A DNA stretch of 64,000 nucleotides from an uncultured Clostridia bacterium. GTDB taxonomy: Bacteria > Bacillota > Clostridia > Christensenellales > UBA1750. A model generated the notes under the pieces. It was not told the DNA's origin. It saw nothing but the letters and a program-made list of their open reading frames with translations, and made no database searches. Location: NCBI GenBank assembly GCA_947625765.1, contig CANQPP010000005.1, positions 10,656 to 74,655 of the forward strand, in the 5' to 3' direction. Each line of letters begins with the position of its first letter. The stretch's first letter is position 1. Positions 58,686-64,000 of the stretch are shown piece by piece. Position numbers and translations under genes: made by a program.

Positions 58686-59714
58686 ATGAAAAAATGTGGA
58701 ATCATTACATTAATAACAGTCATCTTGATGTTGCTTTCGGCGTGTGCGATAAAGCCCGCCGCGCCTTCTTGTCAGGAAGAAACCGAGGCCCCGCAGGTCG
58801 AGACCGAAGCTCCGCAGGATGAAAGCGGGTCAGGACCAGATGTTGAAGCGCCCACCGAGACCGCATCCGTATCGAATACGGCAAGTGAATACAAAACCGA
58901 TTGGGACACTTTTGAGTGTACTTATTTCGGCGATCTCCCTGTCGGCTTGCTTACCGTCCCGGATGCCACGGTAAAGGAAGTCGAGAAGTATGTGAACGAG
59001 CGGCTGAGCCTGAACAGCTCGCTCGAAGTTCACGATATCCATAATGCCTACATGTCATATCAGGTGGAACTGGATCAGGTCTTCAGCTTTTACGGATACA
59101 GCGGACAGGCAATATTCCAGTTTGACTGGGACGGGACGCTTTCCAATATCGTTTTTGAATTTGATACGGAAACCGGCATAACTCCCGAGGTCATCCAGCA
59201 GCTCCACCACAACTTGGAAGAAGCTTTTGATTCCGAGAGTGCGTGGCTGTTGGACGAGCAGCCGGATTGGGGCGCCGCAGCAGATTGTTTTTGGTCGCCT
59301 GAATATGACGGGACCCCATTTAAGATCAGGCTTTCCAGCATGTTTTCAGATTCTCGTCCCACGAAGAACGACATGGAATTTGAGCGAACGGTCACAAGGA
59401 TAAAAATGAACGAGGATGCCGCCGGCGACATTTACGGTGGCAAGAGCGCGAGCATTACTCAAAATGGCTTGACGATCAAAGCGCTTTACCACGGCGGAAA
59501 GTATCCTTATGTGAGCGGCTCCATCACGAACCATTCTGATTCCACGGTAAAGTTTATACGGGTCAAGGTGGCTTTGCTCGACTCCTCTGGAAATGTCAAG
59601 GATACGACTTGGACTTACGCGGTCGGCGCGGAGGGACTTGCCCCAGAAGAAACTTCACAATGGGAAGTGTTCTGCACGGAGGCCAGTTCCATCGAGGTCT
59701 CCATAATGGATTAA
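58686..59714 (+). CDS. Lipoprotein of unknown function (lower GC than surroundings)
   Basis: MKKCGIITLITVILMLLSAC lipobox, with GGAGAGG RBS. The C-terminal ~90 aa (..GSITNHSDSTVKFIRVKVALLDSSGNVKD..) resembles small beta-sandwich domains of FxLYD type; this is tentative. Confidence 0.7.
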   Translation: MKKCGIITLITVILMLLSACAIKPAAPSCQEETEAPQVETEAPQDESGSGPDVEAPTETASVSNTASEYKTDWDTFECTYFGDLPVGLLTVPDATVKEVEKYVNERLSLNSSLEVHDIHNAYMSYQVELDQVFSFYGYSGQAIFQFDWDGTLSNIVFEFDTETGITPEVIQQLHHNLEEAFDSESAWLLDEQPDWGAAADCFWSPEYDGTPFKIRLSSMFSDSRPTKNDMEFERTVTRIKMNEDAAGDIYGGKSASITQNGLTIKALYHGGKYPYVSGSITNHSDSTVKFIRVKVALLDSSGNVKDTTWTYAVGAEGLAPEETSQWEVFCTEASSIEVSIMD

Positions 59715-59742
59715 CCAGTTTTTCCCCTCTCCACAAAAAAGC

Positions 59743-59785
59743 ATCCCCGCCCGGCTCGTGTTTTCGCCGGACGGGGATCTTTTGC
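59743..59785. terminator. Bidirectional intrinsic terminator
   Basis: ATCCCCG.CCGGC-loop-GCCGG.CGGGGAT, flanked by AAAAAA upstream and CTTTTG downstream. Confidence 0.8.
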
Positions 59786-59794
59786 TGCCTTGTT

Positions 59795-60604
59795 TTAGTT
59801 GCGGATGCCTTCCACGGGCTTTAGGCCGATGAACTTCAGGAAGTGCTGGATGTGGTCGTCCCAGAAGTCCCAGGTGTGCGCGCCGGGGTCCTCCTCGTAG
59901 GTGTAGTCGAAGGGGTTGCCGGGGATGGCCTGGAAGAAGTCGCGGGTCTCGTGGGCGGACTCCAGCACGAAGTCCGAGCTGCCCACGGCGTGGTAGATGC
60001 GCGGGATGGGCAGGCCCTGTTCCAAAATCTTGTTCGCGTTGAACATCGGGTCCTCCTCGGTCCCGGCGGGGTCGCGGTCGCCCATGGTCATCAGGCGGCG
60101 CCGCTCCCAGGCGGGGTTGCTGGAGGCGGGCGCGCGGTGGCGGTTGATGGCGCCGGCGCTCAGGCAGCCGATGGCGGCGTAGTTCTCCGGGTTGGCCAGG
60201 CCGATCTTCATGCAGCCCGCGCCGCCCATGGACAGGCCGGCGATGTAGTTGTCCTCGCGCTTGTCGGACAGCGGGAAAAACGTACGCATTTTCTCGGGCA
60301 GTTCCTTGGCGATGTAGTCATAGAAGCGGCCGCCGTGCGCCATGTTGGCGTAGGAGGAAAGGTGCGCGGCGGGCATCACCACGGCCAGGCCCAGGGGCGC
60401 GGCGTAGCGCTCGATGGAGGTGCGCCTCTGCCAGATGGTGTGGTCGTCGGAGGCGCCGTGCAGCAGCCACAGGGTCGGGTGCCTGCCCTGGCGGGAGGCG
60501 GCGGCCATGCCGATCTGCTTGGTGGCGCTCTGGGGCAGGATCACGTCGCAGTTGACGGCCATGCCGAGTACGTCGGAAAAAAAGCCAATGTGGATAAGTG
60601 CCAT
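59795..60604 (-). CDS. Esterase family protein (tributyrin esterase / CE1-like serine hydrolase)
   Basis: 269 aa with PTLWLLHGASDDHTIWQRRTSIERY and the nucleophile elbow GLSMGG. Confidence 0.8.
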   Translation of the reverse strand: MALIHIGFFSDVLGMAVNCDVILPQSATKQIGMAAASRQGRHPTLWLLHGASDDHTIWQRRTSIERYAAPLGLAVVMPAAHLSSYANMAHGGRFYDYIAKELPEKMRTFFPLSDKREDNYIAGLSMGGAGCMKIGLANPENYAAIGCLSAGAINRHRAPASSNPAWERRRLMTMGDRDPAGTEEDPMFNANKILEQGLPIPRIYHAVGSSDFVLESAHETRDFFQAIPGNPFDYTYEEDPGAHTWDFWDDHIQHFLKFIGLKPVEGIRN

Positions 60605-60625
60605 TGCAAGATACCTCCCGTTCCG

Positions 60626-61411
60626 TTATTTTTGCAGGGGCAGCCAGGAAAGGACCGTCTGGATCTTCTCGTCCCAGTACTTCCACTGGTGGTCGCCGGG
60701 GCTCTCCTCGTAGGTGAGGTCGAAGCCCAGCTTCTTTAAGTGGTCGCGCATGGCGGTGTTCTGCTGGTAGAGGAAGTCCTCGGTGCCGCACCACATGTAC
60801 ACGCGGGGCTTGGGCTTGTCCGAGGCGGCCAGGCGCTCGGCCACGGCGAAGAGGTCGTTGTCGCTGCCCTGCACCTTGTCCGCGGGGCCGAAAATATCGT
60901 ACCAGAGGGTGTTGTCGGCATTCGCATTGTTCTTGCAGGTGCTCACCGCGTCCAGCCCGCCGGACAGGGACGCGCAACAGGAGAAGGTCTCCGGGGCCAG
61001 CAGGCCGCACTTGAGCGCGCCGTAGCCGCCCATGGACAGGCCCGCGGCGAAGGTATCCTCCCGGCGGCTGCTCATCTGTGGGAAGAAGCTGCGGCAGATC
61101 GCGGGCAGCTCCTGGGAGATGAACGTCCAGTAGTCAAAGCCTAAGTACATGTCCGTGTACCAGCCCAGATGGGTGGTGGGCATCACCACGGCCACCCCTA
61201 AGTCGGCGACGTAGCGCTCGATGGAGGTGCGCCTCTGCCAGATGGTGTGGTCGTCGCTCATGCCGTGCAGCAGGTACAGTGTGGGGCACTTCCCGTCGGA
61301 CGCGCGGCCTTCCATGCCGATCTGCCCGTGGGTCTTTTCGGGCAGGATCACGTCCATCGAGGTGCACATGCCCAAAACGTCGGAGAAAAAGTCAACATGC
61401 AACAGCGCCAT
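60626..61411 (-). CDS. Esterase family protein, paralog of 59795-60604
   Basis: 261 aa with PTLYLLHGMSDDHTIWQRRTSIERY and GLSMGG. Colinear similarity to the downstream gene. Confidence 0.8.
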   Translation of the reverse strand: MALLHVDFFSDVLGMCTSMDVILPEKTHGQIGMEGRASDGKCPTLYLLHGMSDDHTIWQRRTSIERYVADLGVAVVMPTTHLGWYTDMYLGFDYWTFISQELPAICRSFFPQMSSRREDTFAAGLSMGGYGALKCGLLAPETFSCCASLSGGLDAVSTCKNNANADNTLWYDIFGPADKVQGSDNDLFAVAERLAASDKPKPRVYMWCGTEDFLYQQNTAMRDHLKKLGFDLTYEESPGDHQWKYWDEKIQTVLSWLPLQK

Positions 61412-61457
61412 ATCGGTCGATCCCTCCTAATTGATTTGGTGGTTCTTGCCATTCCTT

Positions 61458-61486
61458 AGTATAACCGAAAGTTTACGAACTAGCAA
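61458..61486 (-). promoter_or_regulatory. Promoter candidate for the esterase pair
   Basis: On the minus strand: TTGCTA (61481-61486), 17 nt, TATACT (61458-61463). Confidence 0.5.
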
Positions 61487-61620
61487 GGGATTTTGCGTCC
61501 CCTCCCCTCTCCTTTTCCTCTTTGGAACGGAACGCGTTTCCCCCGTTTTTTGCCTTCTCCGCCCGCTTTTTTGCGGGAAAACGCCATGCGGAACGGTCAA
61601 CGGGAATTTAAACTAAGACG
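61487..61620. repeat. TTTCC/GGAAA-rich hairpin-unit region between divergent promoters
   Basis: ccttttcctctttggaacggaacgcgtttcccccgttttttgcc...cccgcttttttgcgggaaaacgcc...cggaacggtcaacgggaat. Same word usage as the other arrays. Confidence 0.4.
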
Positions 61621-61706
61621 CCTTGTCCCGCACCTTGCGCCTTTGCAAACTCTATGGTATACTTTTCTTTGTATGGAAACCAAAAAACGCTAGGGAGGTC
61701 ATACCA

Positions 61707-62840
61707 ATGAAGATGCGTACCTTTGGAAAGCTGGGCATTCAAGTCTCCGCCTTCGGCGTGGGCTGCATGCGCTTTCCCATGATCGAAAAGAACGGTGAGC
61801 GCGTGGTCGACGAGGAGCGCGCCATCGCCATGATCCGCACCGCCATCGACAACGGCGTGAACTACGTGGACACCGCCTACGGCTACCTGGGCGGCCAGAG
61901 CGAAGTGGTCGTGGGCAAGGCCTTGAAGGACGGCTACCGCGAGAAGGTCAACCTGGCCACCAAGCTGCCCTGCTGGATGGTCAACGAGAGCGCCGACATG
62001 CAGAAGCTGCTGGACACCCAGCTGGGCCGCCTGCAGACGGACCACCTGGACTTCTACCTGCTGCACGCCCTGAACGCCGAGCGCTGGGAAAAGATGAAGG
62101 CCTTCGGCGCCCGCGAGTTCCTGACCGAGCTCAAGAAGAAGGGTGTCATCAAGTACGCCTGCTTCTCCTTCCACGACAGCTTCGACGCCTTCAAGAAGAT
62201 CATCGACGAGTACGACTGGGATATGTGCCAGGTGCAGTACAACTTCATGGACGTGGAGAACCAGGCCGGCACCAAGGGCGTGGAGTACGCCGGCTCCAAG
62301 GGCATCCCCGTCGTCATCATGGAAGGCCTGCTGGGCGGCAAGCTGGCCAACGCGCCCGAGAACGTCCAGGCCCTGTATGACAGCTATCCCGTCAAGCGCA
62401 GCGCCGTGGAGTGGGCGTTCCGCTGGCTATGCGACCACAAGGAAGTGGGCACCGTGCTCTCCGGCGTCAACGACATGGAGCAGGTGCGCGACAACCTGCG
62501 CATCTTCGACACCGTGGAGCCCGGCTGCATGACCCAGAGCGAGAAGGCCCTGATCGCCCAGGTGCGCGCCGCCTACAAGAGCCGCATCCTGGTGGACTGC
62601 ACCGGCTGCGAATACTGCATGCCCTGCCCCAAGAACGTCAACATCCCCCGCACCTTCTCCATCTGGAACAACGCATCCCTGTACGGCGGCCTGGAGAAGG
62701 GCAACAAGGACTACCAGCGCATGGTGCAGGAGGGTAACGACCCCGCCGCCTGCGTGCGCTGCGGCAAGTGCATGAGCAACTGCCCCCAGCACATCAAGAT
62801 CCCCGATATGCTCAAGGAAGCCCGCGCCGCGCTGGAATAA
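61707..62840 (+). CDS. Aldo/keto reductase fused to a C-terminal 2x[4Fe-4S]-type ferredoxin domain
   Basis: FGVGCMRFP...YVDTAYGY...LLHAL, then CTGCEYCMPCP and CVRCGKCMSNCP. Start at MKMRTFGK (61707) after GGGAGG. Confidence 0.85.
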   Translation: MKMRTFGKLGIQVSAFGVGCMRFPMIEKNGERVVDEERAIAMIRTAIDNGVNYVDTAYGYLGGQSEVVVGKALKDGYREKVNLATKLPCWMVNESADMQKLLDTQLGRLQTDHLDFYLLHALNAERWEKMKAFGAREFLTELKKKGVIKYACFSFHDSFDAFKKIIDEYDWDMCQVQYNFMDVENQAGTKGVEYAGSKGIPVVIMEGLLGGKLANAPENVQALYDSYPVKRSAVEWAFRWLCDHKEVGTVLSGVNDMEQVRDNLRIFDTVEPGCMTQSEKALIAQVRAAYKSRILVDCTGCEYCMPCPKNVNIPRTFSIWNNASLYGGLEKGNKDYQRMVQEGNDPAACVRCGKCMSNCPQHIKIPDMLKEARAALE

Positions 62841-62854
62841 ACCCCTCGAACCTC

Positions 62855-62894
62855 AACGGCCTCCCATCTATTGCGGATGGGAGGCCGTTTTTTG
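62855..62894 (+). terminator. Intrinsic terminator
   Basis: AACGGCCTCCCATC-tattgcg-GATGGGAGGCCGTT followed by TTTTTTG. Confidence 0.85.
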
Positions 62895-63263
62895 TATATG
62901 GAAAAGCGTCCAAGTTTTTACGCTTGAACGCCGTGGGCGAGCATCAGGATACTCCCGATTCGAGTATCTCTATTTTTGGAACGTCGCAGTTGATCTCCAT
63001 CAACGCCCCGGTTGGAAGTATGGTCATAGGCGTTCTGTGAATGTGATCCACATTTTCCAATATGACCATGTCCGGCCTATGCACTTCCTTGATTCCGAAA
63101 AGAGAGCCGCATTTCTGCGGCCCTCTCCACGTAGTTCGGTGCTTTGGCGGGCGTCGCCTCTCCCGCATCTCTCGGGTCTCCCCTGTCAGTACCATCGGCG
63201 TGTGGTCGCAACGAAATTTACCACCTCAAAGCACCTATCTATCCTACCAGTATTATAGCAGTC

Positions 63264-63656
63264 TTATTCCTTTTTGTAAATTATCTTTTTGTTGCTTATA
63301 TAGTTCTTCCAACGATCCTCCCCAATACGCCATGCGGACAGGATGGAGTTTTTGTACCCCTTTGCCTCGTTTATGGTATGGAGGCGAAGGATCATTTGAA
63401 AGCGCAACTCATTTCTTTCTATCAATTTGAGGATTATGCCTGTGTTTTCCTTTTTATCTTCCAAAATGTAATCCGGGTCGGAGATCGCTTCTTGAAAAAA
63501 GGGCCTGACCATCTCGTAATCGCCCGGATGCCCTTCTCTTATGTGCGCTATCCTCTCGTCGGTGATGACCACCTCGTCCGTTGCGATGTCCGGCGTTATG
63601 CACCTGTATTTTTCAATGTCGATCCTGCCAACGATCTGCACGGCCCTTTTCACCAT
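63264..63656 (-). CDS. Hypothetical 130-aa protein, possibly a PBECR-type (Barnase/EndoU/ColicinE5-D/RelE-like) nuclease-fold domain
   Basis: Low-GC ORF. The ITDERIAHIREGHPGDYE...ISDPDYILEDKKENTGIILKLI...NSILSAW pattern recalls phage/plasmid PBECR domains; this is from memory and not searched. Confidence 0.45.
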   Translation of the reverse strand: MVKRAVQIVGRIDIEKYRCITPDIATDEVVITDERIAHIREGHPGDYEMVRPFFQEAISDPDYILEDKKENTGIILKLIERNELRFQMILRLHTINEAKGYKNSILSAWRIGEDRWKNYISNKKIIYKKE

Positions 63657-63805
63657 CGCCCGTCATTTTTCTTTCATTATAGCAGGATCTCGGGGAATAG
63701 CAACGGTTTCAGAAGCGCCGGGAGCGCGGTTTTTTCCTTCCCATCAGGAAAAGCCTCCCATCATCAAAGGACGGGAGGCTGTGTGTCTACTATATGTGGC
63801 GTTTC

Positions 63806-64000
63806 TCACGCGATGGCCTGCAGGCCGCGCTCGATCCAGTTTTCGGCCACGCCGCTGTGGTGGGCGATGTCCTGGGCCAGGGCCTTGAGGGCGCGCGCGT
63901 CCAGCGACAGGTCCAGGTCGCGCAGGCTCACCGGGCAGCGCAGCGTGTCGCGCAGGAAGATGCGCACCTGCTTTTCCCCGATGCCCGCAATCTCGCCGGT
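63806..64000 (-). CDS. C-terminal end of an unidentified protein (gene continues beyond the window)
   Basis: Own translation gives ...TGEIAGIGEKQVRIFLRDTLRCPVSLRDLDLSLDARALKALAQDIAHHSGVAENWIERGLQAIA*. High GC3 consistent with coding. The family is not certain. Confidence 0.4.
   Translation of the reverse strand, partial: TGEIAGIGEKQVRIFLRDTLRCPVSLRDLDLSLDARALKALAQDIAHHSGVAENWIERGLQAIA

Noticed and set aside
62944-63195. Fragment of a cytosine-5 DNA methyltransferase (..VLTGE..GSLF..RPDMVILENV..)
   Set aside because: Only an ENV-like tripeptide and loose flanking matches are present. The spacing between the putative motifs is off by 4-5 residues, there is no PCQ motif in any frame, and the ORF is 83 aa. 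It is kept only as a remark within the islet finding.

Overview
This is a 64-kb chromosomal segment of a GC-rich, apparently endospore-forming Firmicute. The Clostridia-like assignment is an inference from the SASP, YlmC/YmxH, SpoIID and SpoVD/SpoVE-type genes and from gene order. All calls come from reading the ORF track and the DNA by eye; no searches or folding programs were run.

Main content:
1. A minus-strand aromatic amino-acid supraoperon, aroF-tyrA-aroB-aroA-aroC-pheA-aroE::aroK-aroQ (1-8021). It is preceded by a 37-codon leader ORF that is too short to appear in the ORF track. The leader contains the run FYYYFYF and is followed by a terminator hairpin, so it is a candidate ribosome-mediated attenuator. 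This is the top finding.
2. A Cthe_2159-like beta-helix lipoprotein, a hybrid histidine kinase plus HD-GYP pair, and several housekeeping or sugar-related genes (CE7 esterase, aldo/keto reductases, GH3, cupin).
3. copA, a SASP gene and tRNA-Ala(GGC).
4. A lower-GC islet with three tiny genes and an IS200 copy, sitting directly upstream of an ECF sigma / anti-sigma / zinc-ribbon membrane protein unit.
5. A full dcw cluster, mraZ-rsmH-ftsL-pbp-murE-mraY-murD-ftsW-murA-ftsQ-ftsA-ftsZ (33437-48626, minus), with phased AGTGG (MraZ-box-like) repeats upstream.
6. A frameshifted SpoIID protein with 8 SH3b domains.
7. An orphan DRTGG / HATPase / [FeFe]-hydrogenase-like / XRE-cupin module.
8. tmRNA followed by a lower-GC lipoprotein gene, two tandem esterase paralogs, an AKR-ferredoxin fusion, and a lower-GC islet with a nuclease-fold (PBECR-like) gene.

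Several intergenic regions carry an unexplained family of TTTC(C)...GGAAA hairpin-array repeats. Most long ORFs antisense to the genes listed here are GC-driven shadow ORFs and are not called.
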